In this document: positions 1 to 12,542 of the stretch, piece after piece
How the letters are laid out: each line of letters begins with the position of its first letter
Position numbering within the stretch: position 1 is the stretch's first letter
Assembly: GCF_036588685.1 (NCBI RefSeq)
Contig: NC_086378.1
Location: 85,126,001-85,190,000 of the forward strand
Length of the DNA: 64,000 bases
Direction: 5' to 3'
Origin: Mytilus trossulus
Lineage: Eukaryota
The notes under the pieces: model-generated
The model's input: the letters and a program-made list of their open reading frames with translations, nothing else
Told to the model about the DNA's origin: nothing
The model's database searches: none
Program-made: the position numbers and the translations under genes

Positions 1-410
1 GCCTTTATCAACTGATTTTTTATAGTTTGTTCTTACATAAATGTATGTCGTACTGTTATACCACTGTCCCAGGTTAGGCGAGGGTTGGGAACCCGCTAAC
101 ATGTTTAACCCGCCACATTATTTATGTTTGTGCCTGTCCAAAGTCAGGAGCCTGTAATTCAGGGGTTGTAATTTGTTTATGTGTTACATATTTGTTTTTC
201 GTTCATTTTTTACATAAATAAGGCTGTTAGTTTTCTTGTTTGAATTGTTATACATTGTCTTATCGGGGCCTTTTGTAGCTGACTATGCGGTATGGGCTTT
301 GCTCATTGTTGAAGGCCGTACGATGACCTTTAGTTGTTAATGTTTGTGTCATTTTGGTCTTTTGTTGATAGTTGTCTCATTGGCAATCATACCACATCTT
401 CTTTTTTATC
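1..410 (+). repeat. Abundant dispersed repeat family 1 (other copies at ~11090-11190, 11355-11480, 35100-35295, 36915-37135 rev, 40760-41165, 43130-43380 rev, 47670-47855, 55925-56115)
   Basis: Shared end GTTGTCTCATTGGCAATCATACCACATCTTCTTTTTTAT recurs throughout the window. Confidence 0.8.
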
Positions 411-1149
411 AGTATATTTGGTCATTGACGTATATAGACGTCTATATAAGTCCTTGATTTGGTATATTTTTACTCCCTTATTTAGTTATTGATAGGATAT
501 CAAACTCCTGTGATTTATGTATGCAATACCGTAGATTTTATACAAATTGAGAATAAGTTACCAGAGTTGAAAGTCGTAAATGGGAGTCATGAAATATGCT
601 AATTAATCTGTAAAGCAGTAAATTCTCCCAAGTCTTTTACAGGCAATAAAAAAACAAAAAAAAAAAAAACCACTTCTACTTACCGGAACTACTGTTAGTA
701 TTTTAATATTATCAAATACGGATTTATTCCGGAAAATGCATTTTTTTTTTGTAACTCTCCTTATTGTGCTTGCATTTTCGCTAGCCAAGGGTTACGATCC
801 ACTCCCGCTCTCTCGATAGCGAAGATGTGTCATGGTTCGTCCTTATTGACAGGTTTTTCATTCATTTGATGTGTTTAAGATTTTTATTTTGACAAAATGA
901 TTTGATTTATGATCATTTATATGGACTAATAGTTATCAAAGGTACCAGGATCATAGTATAATTTTAATAGTACCCTTTTTTGAATTTTACTCGGAATTCA
1001 GTATTTTTTTGTGATTTTACTATTCACCTATCATTTTTATTAAAAACACTCCTATACCACTAAGTTATACTTGAAAGATGGAATAGCTCAATAGTACAAG
1101 TCGAGATACAAGTACAAGTTTACATTACTTTGCACGTCATCATAGGATG

Positions 1150-3040
1150 TTATCAGTGGCAATTCATAAGAAAGATAGTGATAAAGAAGTCTAGGTTGTA
1201 CACATTGGAAATTCATAAACATATATTTACGAAAAGTCTAGGTTGTTCACAGTGACATTCATATGGCAGTTAGTGATTAAGAAGTATAGGTTGTACACAG
1301 TGGAAATTCATAAACATATATTGACGAAAAGTTTAGGTTGTTCACATTGACATTCATATGGCAGTTAGTGATTAAGAAGTCTAGGTTGTACACAGTGGCA
1401 ATTCATATGGCAGTTAGTGATTAAGAAGTATAGGTTGTACTGAGTGGCAATTCATATGGCAGTGAATTGAGTAAGTGATACATAAGTCTAGGTTGTACAC
1501 AGTGGCAATTCATTTCGGGCAGTTAGTGATACATAAGTCTTGGTTGTACACAGTGACAATTCATTTCGGGCAGTTAGTGATACAGAAGTCTAGGTTGTAC
1601 ACAGTGGCAATTCATTTCGGGCAGTTAGTGATACAGAAGTCTAGGTTGTACACAGTGGTAATTCATTTCGGGCAGTTAGTGATACAGAAGTCTTGGTTGT
1701 ACACAGTGACAATTCGAGTCATAAAGCAGACAGTGATAACAAGTCTAGGTTGTTCACAGTGGCAATTCATAAGACAGTTAGTGATAAAGAAGTCTTGGTT
1801 CATAAGACAGTCAATGATAAAGAAGTCTGCAGTGGCAATTCATAAGACAGATAGTGACGAAAAGTCTAGGTTGTTCACAGTGACATTCATATGGCAGTTA
1901 GTGATAAAGAAGTCTAGGTTGTTCACAGTGGCAATCGTGACATACGACAGATAGTGATAAACAAGTCAAAGTTGTAAATAGTGGAAATTAATAAGACAGA
2001 AAGTGCTGAACAGTCTAGGTTGTTCACAGTGACATTCACATGGCATTTAGTGATAAAGAAGTCTAGGTCGTACACAGTAGCAATTCATGTGGCAGTTAGT
2101 GATAAAGAAGTCTAGTTGTACACATTGGAAATTCACATAGCAGTTAGTGATACAGAAGTCTAGGTTGTAAATGGTGGCAATTCATATGGCAGTTAGTGAT
2201 ACAAAAGTCTAGGTTGAACACAGTGACAATTAATAAAACAGCAAATGATAAAGAAGTCGAGGTTGTACACAGTGGTAATTTATGGCGTTGTCAGTTTATT
2301 TTCGATTTATGAGTTTGACAGTCCCTCTAGTATCTTCGTCCCTCTAGTATATTTCGTCCCTCTTTCATTAGACTGATAGTGATACAGAAGTCTTAGTTAT
2401 TCAGAGTGGTTATTTATAATACATTTTATAGTGATTAAAAAGTCAAGGTTGTACACGGGGACAATTCATCAGACCAATAGTGAGAAAGAATTATATGTTG
2501 TTCACAGTGGTAATTCGTATGACAGTTAGTGATGAAGAAGTCAAGGCTATTTACAGTAGCAATTCATAAGACATATAGTGATAACAAAAATTTTAAGTTG
2601 TGCACTGTGGCAAATCTTAGACAGTTAGTGATAAAGAAGTCAAGGTTGTTCACAGTTGCAATTCATTAGCCTGTTATTGATTAAGAAGTCAAGACTGATC
2701 ACAGTAAGAATTCATAAGACAGAAAGTGATTAAGAAGTCTAGTGGGTTGTTTATAGTGGCAATACATAAGACAGTTAGTGATTAAGAAGTCTAGCCGGTA
2801 GTTGTTTTTAGTGGCAATACATAAGACGGTTTGTGATTAAGAGGTCTAGGTTGTTTATAGTGGCAAAACATAAGACAGTTAGTGATTAAGAAGTCTAGCC
2901 GGTTGTTTATAGTGGCAATACATAGGACGGTTTGTGATTAAGAGGTCTAGGTTGTTTATAGTGGCAATCCATATGCCAGTTAGTGAATAAAAGTCTTTAG
3001 GTTTTATACAGTGGCAATTCATAAGACAGTTAATGATAAG
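1150..3040. repeat. ~51-bp minisatellite array (AAGAAGTCTAGGTTGTTCACAGTGGCAATTCATAAGACAGTTAGTGAT-like), roughly 35 copies
   Basis: 51-bp period seen directly (CAGTGGCAATTC at 1500, variant CAGTGACAATTC at 1551); produces the 17-aa repeats of ORF 1475-1954. Confidence 0.9.
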
Positions 3041-4973
3041 GAATCTGAATAAACACAAAATATCACTTCATTTTGATGTTTCAAGCCCAGGATGCATAGC
3101 TTCTTGAATACTCGATGAGCTATTGACATAAAGGGACGTTGGAATTTTAAAATACTAATGTTTTCTACCACAGGAATAGATTACCTGAGCTGTATTTGGC
3201 AAAACGTTTAAGAATTTTTGGTCCTCAATACTCTTCAAATTCGTACTATATTTGGTCTTTTTAACATTTTTTTTTCGAGCATCACTGATGATTTTTTTGT
3301 AGACAAAACGCGCATCATCTGGCGTAAATATAAAATTTCAATCCTGGTATCTATGATAGGTTTATATACTGAATACCGAAACTATTATGTTATTAAAGGT
3401 ATGTTTGCAAAAAAGAAAGAGTTAGACAAATTGTTTTGAAGAGTTATGCTTATACAAAACTTTGCATATTTTGATATTTTCTAACTCTTAATATTCGAAC
3501 AACGCTTATAAGTCCTGTATTAAGACGAAACGCGTGTCTGGAGTACAAATTTTCAATCATGGTATCTATGATGAGTCCATAATTGTCGGAATAAAAGTTA
3601 ACATTTTTTTTTATAATCGTTGTGGTTTCCACTATATTAGCTGGCTTAACTGTAAAATATGTCGCGGACTGTTTTACATTTCCGCTTATATTTACATCCT
3701 GAAATCTTTTAAACACTTATAGTTTATGTCGTTTGTATTTTTTAAATATTCAATCAAAGTATTGTTAACAATGACCGCTTATATGTGCGTTTCTATATTT
3801 TGTCATGCACAATGAAAATAAGATTAAGACTGGAAATGGAGAATGTCAAAGAGACAATAATCCGACCAAATAATTAAAACACTTAAAGGCCGCCAACAGG
3901 TCTTCAACACAGCGAAAAAATCCCGTACCTGAAGGCGTACTTCAGCTAGCCCCTTTACATAAACGGCACAAGTTCAGTGATAATGGAGGCCATACTGAAC
4001 TCAAAAACATATAAATGAGTTACATTACAAATCATACAAGACTAACAAAGGCCATAGGCTATAGCTACTGACTTGGGACAGGCATCAAAACGAACAGTCC
4101 GTTTTTATGAAAAAATATTGACAGTCACATTTGCTCGTTAAATGAAATATCTGACGGTATTTATGACTTGAATACACATTCCAAATAAAGGAGATTAAAA
4201 GTAATTTTGACAAAAGCAATAATCAAACGGTTTCTCATGATCATAAACAAGTGCATTTCTATTTTAATCCATTATTTGAATCCACATGTTTATCATATAT
4301 ATTTAATCAAACGGATTCAACAATATGGGTTAAGACAATACCTGAAACATCAAAGGTGCGCTTCATACATATACTGCACGACATTTGTTTGCATTTGACA
4401 CACTATGAAAATCTGTGAAAGAATTATTTATTTTGTTAGATGGTTTGCTTATCTATTAAAACAATTATGTTTATGTTTTCTGTTAAGAACATAAGTTGTT
4501 TGATTATCACAGAAAAAATGTTGAGAGCAAACTGACTTCCATTGAGTTTGAAAATTAAATAAAAATGTTCATAAACTGATATTCATAAAAAAAAAAAGAT
4601 GTTGTTTACCTTCCAACCTTTTTCAGAAAACGAATAAATAGCCAATGGACTTAACAAGTTCATTGATTTAACAGTTTGGAAAAGGTTTCTAACTTTACCT
4701 GGTAATGTGTCAAGCTCATTTGTATCTTAAAAGACCAAAGCTTTTTGAATAAGCCTATCAAGGCTTAACAGTGACGCATCTAGAGGGTTGGGGACGGGGG
4801 ATTAAAACAATCTTTTTATGACGATTAATGCTGTTGAATGGGGACATACAATTGGAACCCCCTTAATCCTGGATTGGAACCCCTTTTAAAATGGTTTGAT
4901 CCACCACTGCTTAATGCTTAAAAATGTTATTCAAACAATGGCCATTATTACACATGATATTGAGTATAATTCT

Positions 4974-4979
4974 TTTATT
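4974..4979 (-). promoter_or_regulatory. Candidate polyadenylation signal of copy 1
   Basis: AATAAA on the minus strand ~340 nt downstream of the stop, just past the 60-bp repeat. Confidence 0.4.
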
Positions 4980-5077
4980 ATAGCAAAAGATCACAGTGTA
5001 AAAATTGAAAGAAGAGTAAATTTATCAAAGTAACAGGCTTATAGTCTATGATGACAAATAGTTGAAGAGTTAAGTCA

Positions 5078-5318
5078 CTAAGAGTAATAACAGTGGTGTA
5101 CTCTGGTTGTGTCAGTTTTCTTTAGATGAGTAAAGTCACTAAGAGTAATATCAGAAGTGTACTTTGGTTGTGTTAATTTCTTTAGATAAGTAAAGTCACT
5201 AAGAGTAATATCAGAAGTGTACTTTGGTTGTGTTAATTTCTTAAGATAAGTAAAGTCACTAAGAGTAATATCAGAAGTGTACTTTGGTTGTGTTAATTTC
5301 TTAAGATAAGTAAAATCA
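5078..5318 (-). repeat. 60-bp tandem repeat (4 units) derived from the last codons and stop of copy 1
   Basis: 60-bp period; the distal unit reads KKTDTTRVHHCYYS*, homologous to the C-terminal KKTERTRIYYCYYS*. Confidence 0.85.
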
Positions 5319-5541
5319 TTAAGAATAATAACAGTAGTATATTCTGGTTCTCTCAGTTTTCTTTGGGTGGCTTCCACCATCGGCACTAGTGTTGTTATGA
5401 ATATCTTCGTCGTCTGTTTTTACAAATTCCTCACGTGCGCTCATTCCACGCACGCGCTGACATAATGTTGATGTGTACTGGTACAAATAGAAGGGCTTAC
5501 TTGTTGGTAATACTATGTTTCTGTAGGAAGATCCATCAGAT
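5319..5541 (-). CDS. Copy 1 ApeC terminal exon D
   Basis: SDGSSYRNIVLPTSKPFYLYQYTSTLCQRVRGMSAREEFVKTDDEDIHNNTSADGGSHPKKTERTRIYYCYYS*; TAA at 5319-5321. Confidence 0.9.
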
Positions 5542-8500
5542 CTATTAAATAGAGATGCAATAATGTGAAATTATTATAAATGTAGACATTTTGGTCTTGA
5601 AATGCATTAAGTGAACATATGTCTGAACTTAGTTTGTTGTAAACTGCAAGTATTTTTACTTTTCTAGTAGTCTGACAGACGTTTTAACCTTGTTTTTTTC
5701 TTTTAACTTTCACAAAGGATTACTTCCTCTTTAATTTTTTTTTTTTTAAGTTTCCTTTGAATTCTCCTTTAAATATGCGACAAATATGTTTTAATCTCAA
5801 AATGTCAATAAAACAAAGACAAGGAAGACAACTTGAGATGTGCACGTCACTTGGACATTATCTGATCATTATCTCAAAGGCAATTATACTGTTCTTCTTA
5901 TTTTGATGTGATTAACAACCATACTAAAGTATTAACATGAGGTATACAGTTTACATACAGAAAAGTTCCTACAAAGAAAGAATGTTTTGAATAATGACTT
6001 CTCTAATTTTCATGCTATTCTCACATTTCCTGACCGGTGTGAGAAAAATATTTCTAATTTTCTAGTGAAAAATTTGTTCTTAGCAAATGATTTGTGGAAA
6101 TTTTATTGTGACGTTAAATTTTCTTTTGTTTCTTTTGAATTTTCACATAAAAAGTACACAACTTTCTTCAAATCTTTGAAAAAAAAGGATAAAAATCATT
6201 AGAGAAACAGATTCCACCACTATTACTCGTGTATTATGATATTTCTCCACTCTCGACAGTTAAATTGTAACTATTTAAAAAGCTCGGCAAGCCTCGTAAA
6301 ACACTTTTTGCAGTTGTGGAATTTATATTTACCTGCAACAGTAGTATATCCTTGTGTTTCTATTATAGGTACCATCTGGAAGAATTCCGTTCTTTGAATT
6401 AGCATTGTTGTGGTCTTCGTCAAACCAATATATACTGCCTGTTCTGAATCCTATACAAATAAATTTGATCTTAATCTTTATATTTGGTAAGGATAAAGAA
6501 TTTTAGAAATCTGCAAGATAAAGTCACGCGTAGTAATTCAATTATCTGTTCAATTACATATTGATACGAACTTTATTTTTCTAATACCTGTTCCATGTTG
6601 GTATTACGCTTTATTGAATAAAAAAAAAAAAGATATACTTAAAACCATTTCAAGCCTAGGTATAACCGCAGGGATATATACATTTTATTGTTATCGTATC
6701 AAATGGTACCATTTTTTTTTATCTTGATACGCATAACGACGATAACAATCTCCTTAGTAATGCATAAAATATTTGAAAAAAAGACAAAAAAACGCGCTGA
6801 TTAAATCGAAAAACATAAACCACTGAGTCGTCACCAATGTCACTTTCGGTTCCTTGATATGGTCATATTAATCAAGTAACTGATTTCTCAACTTTGATAG
6901 TTTACTGACCTGTCCACACAAACAATAACATTGTTGAAACGAAAACCAATTTCAGCTCAACAGTCAGTTCTTCAGTCGTACATGATTTATAATAACCCTA
7001 TCTACAATTGTCTGTTTATAAATTTTGAAATCATAAAGAAACTAAGTTTTCACCTAACACAGGAAAACTTCGCCTGAGATGGATTTGGCTACTTATATCT
7101 AAAATTATGTTCTTTCAGTCATAAAGCTGGTCAATTGTTTCGGTTCTTATAAATCATAGGCTTTTAAATATTTGGCTTTGAGGGTTCCTGGTGAAGGTTC
7201 ACCCAGAAAAGCGCATTGGACGCATGAAATTATATAACGTGTTTTGAATTATAATCCTGGTACATTTGATAACTATCTTCCCAAAAGCCAATAAAAACTC
7301 CGACTTACCAGAAGGACAGGAACCCCCTTTCCTGGCAATACAATAGTTTCCACGTGGCCAGGATCCCGATCCACCATATGTTATTTTGGTACAGTAACAC
7401 AGCTTTGTGTTTCTGCCGAAAATACCTGTTTGTATATAACAGTAAGACGTATATGCAAATTTATTACATAACTTTAGAATCAACTGGACAGTGTCAGATA
7501 CATGTTCACAACTGTCTTTCGAGTCATATCACTTTCTAAGTCTGTTATTTAAATATCATCGTGTTGATATGCCATGATTCCTTTTTTCTTAATCAAACAA
7601 TGTTCAAAGTGATCTGTTTGCGTCTCTTTTTTCAACTTATGTCTATATGTTTTTAATGCTAATGCATTTGTTTTTAATTTTGTTTTGTTTTTTGTATAAA
7701 CGTTGAACGAACAGAAAGCTACAAATAATCGACAGAACTACCAGACACCATAAAATAGCACTCCCAATAATATTTCCCCTTACAAAATCACATGATACAA
7801 AAAAAACAAACACCCAACAACACATTTTTATATATCCAGAGACTTCACTTTAATATATTTTTGTTGATGGTTTGTATGATTCAAATTATTATTCCGATGC
7901 ACATAATTTATAGTTACTAACCCTGTTTGAACAGGTACAAACAGTACATATTAACGTATATCGATGAATCAATCATATTGGATTTTCTAAAAGAAATCTT
8001 TGGATATATTTAATAAGTTATTACATGTTAGATTGCAGTTTTTGAATTGTGCCTTGCAAACTTTTAGCTGTAATTTCACAGATAAAAGTTAGTAAGACTA
8101 TTGAAAAATAATACATCGAACTTACCATTAAAGTGATGGTTGTATCTGACATCGTTCACATTATGTATATCTTCATTATCCTGATATATACATCCTTCAG
8201 CCCATCCAGGTGGACATCCTGATTTTGATTTTGGAAGCGAGTACCTTCCACGTGGCCAGCTCACTTAAAAATTATTTTAGACGGTTACATCATGTTTTAA
8301 CTAACTATAATAGTAGGGCTTATTAAGTTATAAGACTGGTATCGGTGGTGAGTTTTTCATCCACATGATTATATTCCAAAATTTACATTCTCTGAGGTTT
8401 AAATATTTTGCTAAACACAGTTATTGCATTTAAATTATTATTTTGTTCAATTACAAGCATGGCAAACTCGATACTATTCGAATGGCTTACACTAATTCTA

Positions 8501-11500
8501 TAATAGAAATGGATGAAAAGTGCAATATCGCAGAAGCCATAAGACATATGAATATCATTCAGTGATATATGAAATATGAATATCAATTGGAAGATAACCG
8601 TGGTCATCTGAGATATTTTAATATACCCAACCATCCCGATACTGATATCCCATAAAGTTCAACCAACCCGATACTGATAATCCCATTATGGTCAACTAAC
8701 CCGAGATGACGTCCATAAAACACTGAAGTCTAAAATCGAGATCTTAAACATGTTCATCAAAATGAAAAGAAAAACTTATATATACATTTAATAAAATGAT
8801 GGCGTACGGAATGAGTTTCTGGAATACCAAACAAATTAATAATGTAAGAGTGTAAACAATCATGGCGTACGGGATGAGTTTCTGGAATACCATACACATT
8901 AATAATGCAATAGTGTAGACAATCATGGCGCTCGGAATGAGTTTCTGGAATACCATACATATTAATAATGCAAGAGTCTAGACAATCATGGCGCTCGGAA
9001 TGAGTTTCTGGAATACCATACAAATTAATAATGCAAGAGTCTAGACAATCATAACGTACGGGATGAGTTTCTTGATTACCATATACATTAATAATGCAAG
9101 AGTCTAGACAATCATGGCGTACGGGATGAGTTTCTTGATTACCATACATATTAATAATGCAAGAGTCTAGACAATCATGGCGTACGGGATGAGTTTCTTG
9201 ATTACCATACATATCAATAATGCAAGAGTCTAGACAATCATGGCGTACGGGATGAGTTTCTTGATTACCATACATATTAAAAATGCAAGAGTCTAGACAA
9301 TCATGGCGTACGGGATGAGTTTTGGAATACTAGTACCATACACATTAATAATACAAGAGTCTAGACAATCATGGCGTACGGATGAGTTTCTGGAATACCA
9401 TACACATTAATAATGTAAGAGTCTAAACAATCAAACGATATAAAGTATAAAACAAAAATAACATTCAAAGCCTTAGTAGTTGTTTATGCTATATCTGTTT
9501 CTTTATGTCGCCTTTAACCTGAGCGATAAATGTAGTTGTTTATGCTATGTCTGTTTCTGTCTGTCTTCTTTACATACCTATGACACAACCAGCGTTTGAG
9601 GGCCAGTCACAAACATTAATACGCCGGTTCCAGTGTAGTCCAACGGGACAGGGCATGGTATAAGAAATACCATGTCCACATTGTATGAAGGACGAACAGT
9701 CGTATGGATTGGGCAAATATCCATTGATAATTGTACTGCAATCTGAAAAAAATTACAATAACTGAAAACACCCTTCAAATGTTATAAATATTCTGTCATT
9801 GAATTATTAACTCGACTGATCATTTCGTTTAATGTTCTCTTATTACTTGTATAGTTTGATAGTACTTGAATGTTGGTTTTGGTTTTTGTTTTAAGAACTT
9901 AAAAGAAGGAAGTCTTATAATGTAATTCTATTATCTGTAAGCTACCAAAATGAATTAGACATTAAGGTTGTAGAAGTTAGTATAGTTTTAACATACAAGC
10001 GTGAACACAGATCATAGAGAGATCCTTTTTTTCCCACAAGAACTTTCTATGTTGAAATGTGGTGCACAGTGACAGCAATCCTATACCAAACACTAAAAAA
10101 GCAGCGTCTTTTATCTAATATTAAGTTTTAATGTTCAAGACTGTCGTGAAGGAGACACTTTTTTAAATCAGTGTCAATCGTTCATATATTTATATAAGTC
10201 TTATGTAGACAAAACGCGCGTCTGGCGTACTAAATTATAATCCTGGTACCTTAAATAACTATTATTTAAATAAAATTAACTATTGCCATCACATCCGCAT
10301 ATTGGCCAAAATACTATGACTGCATCGTGTAAATAATATGTACGTTCCTGTAATCAAATTTTGTGCATTTCAAACTTTCCATTCGGGAATTTTCTTTCAA
10401 CACTTGGAATAACTTCTTTTTGAATACATAAACATGTTTAACATTGATTCTTTTAAGGGGACACATCTAACTGAGTGGGTTCAAACGCGCTGCAGAGATT
10501 AACGTAAAGCAGAAGCATGTATTGTCAAATGTTTCCGATAAAAAAATTCTGATAGCAGGAAAAGCGCTAAATAAGATGCGGACTTTAGGTGCATTTCTGC
10601 ATGGTGTGATTCTAATATACATTGCATCCAAGAACCCGCAAGCATGTTACATTTATATGATTCTATTTGTGCTCCTTTGTAGTGTTAATTTCATTGTTGG
10701 CCCTGTCCACAAACAAACTGTAAAATCTTTTCAGGATCTTCCCAGTATCATAAGTAAAAAATTGTTCAAATTTCGGAAGTGTTTCTTTCAAGCTATATTA
10801 TGTTTTTAAGTAACAACAGTATACGAGATATGGCAGATACAAATACAGATGATCTTAACTGCTACAACACTCAATGAAACTGATAAAATTTCATATTGAT
10901 CATATACATTCAATCTTCTTCAGCAGGCAACACAGATGTTTAAAAAAGAGTTTTTAAACAACCTGGCATCATATTGCTGGTAGCACAATAATCATTGTTT
11001 CGGTAAATTTGTGTTTTTATGCCCTTTTTATTGGCATTATGTTTTTTTGTCTGTATGTCTGTCCGTCCGTCCGTCCGAGACGAACTTTGAAGGCCGTACG
11101 GTGATATATAATTGTTAATGTTTGTGTCATTTTGGTCTTTTGTGGATAGTTGTCTCATTGGCAATCATACCATATCTTCTTTTTTATATTTAAAGTACGT
11201 TGGGCATTTGTGTTGGACATGTTTATACAAACGTGCCATATATACCTATAATCTTGAAGATGATGTTGATTGTGGTCCTACTGTTATTGTTTTGAGATTT
11301 GACCTTTTAATTTTAAGGTGTAATATGACATTTCAGTGCCTTTTATAAATAACTATGCGGTATGGCCTTTGTTCATTGTCGAAGGCCGTACTGTGACCTA
11401 TAGTTGTTAATACTGTGTCGTTTTGGTCTCTTGTGGAGAGTTGTCTCATTGGTGATCATACCCCATCTTCTTTTTTATAAGGAGATTGACCAACTAATCC

Positions 11501-12508
11501 ACTAATGAGATATTGTAATTCTGACAACAACACACCAAATACTGTTGACGTACCATTACTGGTGTCTAAAACTGAACTTATCAGATTCAGCATATAAATT
11601 AATCAGTGATTTTGGAAATCAGACCCTTATACCAGTATAATGAGATATGCAAATGCTCCTTTAACTGTTTTATAGTACACAACATACCACGTATCATTGA
11701 CTTCCCTTAAGTATTTCTTGTTAAACTAACCAACATGAAAACAGACAGTATTCTCCGAAATCTAACATGTCCAACGAATGCTATAGGCCAAAAACTTGTC
11801 ACTTAAAAAAACAACTTTAAAAAAATGTCATCAATATAAATGTACACAAAGGTATCTGACATGTGTTGTTGGGTTAACAGACACCAGATAAAATAAAAGG
11901 GATATGTGACCATGGGACACAGATGATAACACTACTTGCAAATAAAAGATAGCGGAACAAAACTCAGTAACGGTAAAACTGACACTAGCCAACTGTGTGC
12001 TTAATCTGAATTTTGTGGTATTTAACATTGTTTGAAAGTTTCATACAATTTGTTTGTGGAAAACGAAAGCTAGGGAAAGGAGAAAATGATTTCAGCAATT
12101 TTTCCATTTATAAAGGGTCATAACTCTCGAACAGTAAAGATGAGGCCACCAAAATTCAAACTTAATCAATGTTTTGTGGTAATAAGCATATAAGTTTCAT
12201 AAAATGTGTTTGAGGCAAACGAAATTAAAAGAGAGGAGAAAATAATTCCTTATTTTTTTTCCATTTATAGGGCATAACTATGTCGATTCAAACGTTATCT
12301 GTGTTTTATGTTAATAAGCATTATATATAGCTTTGAGCATTATGTATAAGTTTCATAAAATTTGTTACAGAACGGAAACCAATTTTGGGACATACGGACG
12401 GATATTGGTAATTTTAAATACCCTTCCTTCATGGCCGGTTTGTGTATATGTTATTTGGGAGGGGGTCGGTGTTGACCTAAAACATGTCATCAAATTTTTA
12501 AATAAAGC

Positions 12509-12542
<34 letters not shown>

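Noticed and set aside
1475-1954. 159-aa ORF with 17-aa repeats, and a CRISPR-like look of the array
   Set aside because: Read-through of a 51-bp minisatellite; no unique spacers, no cas genes, eukaryotic context.
5078-5386. 102-aa repeat ORF as a C-terminal extension of copy 1
   Set aside because: It starts out of frame with the ApeC exon, which stops at 5319-5321; it reflects the 60-bp repeat.
8757-9275. 172-aa Cys/His-containing repeat ORF as a further exon of copy 1
   Set aside because: 63-bp minisatellite with frame-breaking units at its edge and no convincing phase-compatible splice sites.
9578-9778. 66-aa ORF MKGVFSYC... from the ORF track
   Set aside because: Wrong frame; the coding frame of this region is the spliced CBM14 exon.
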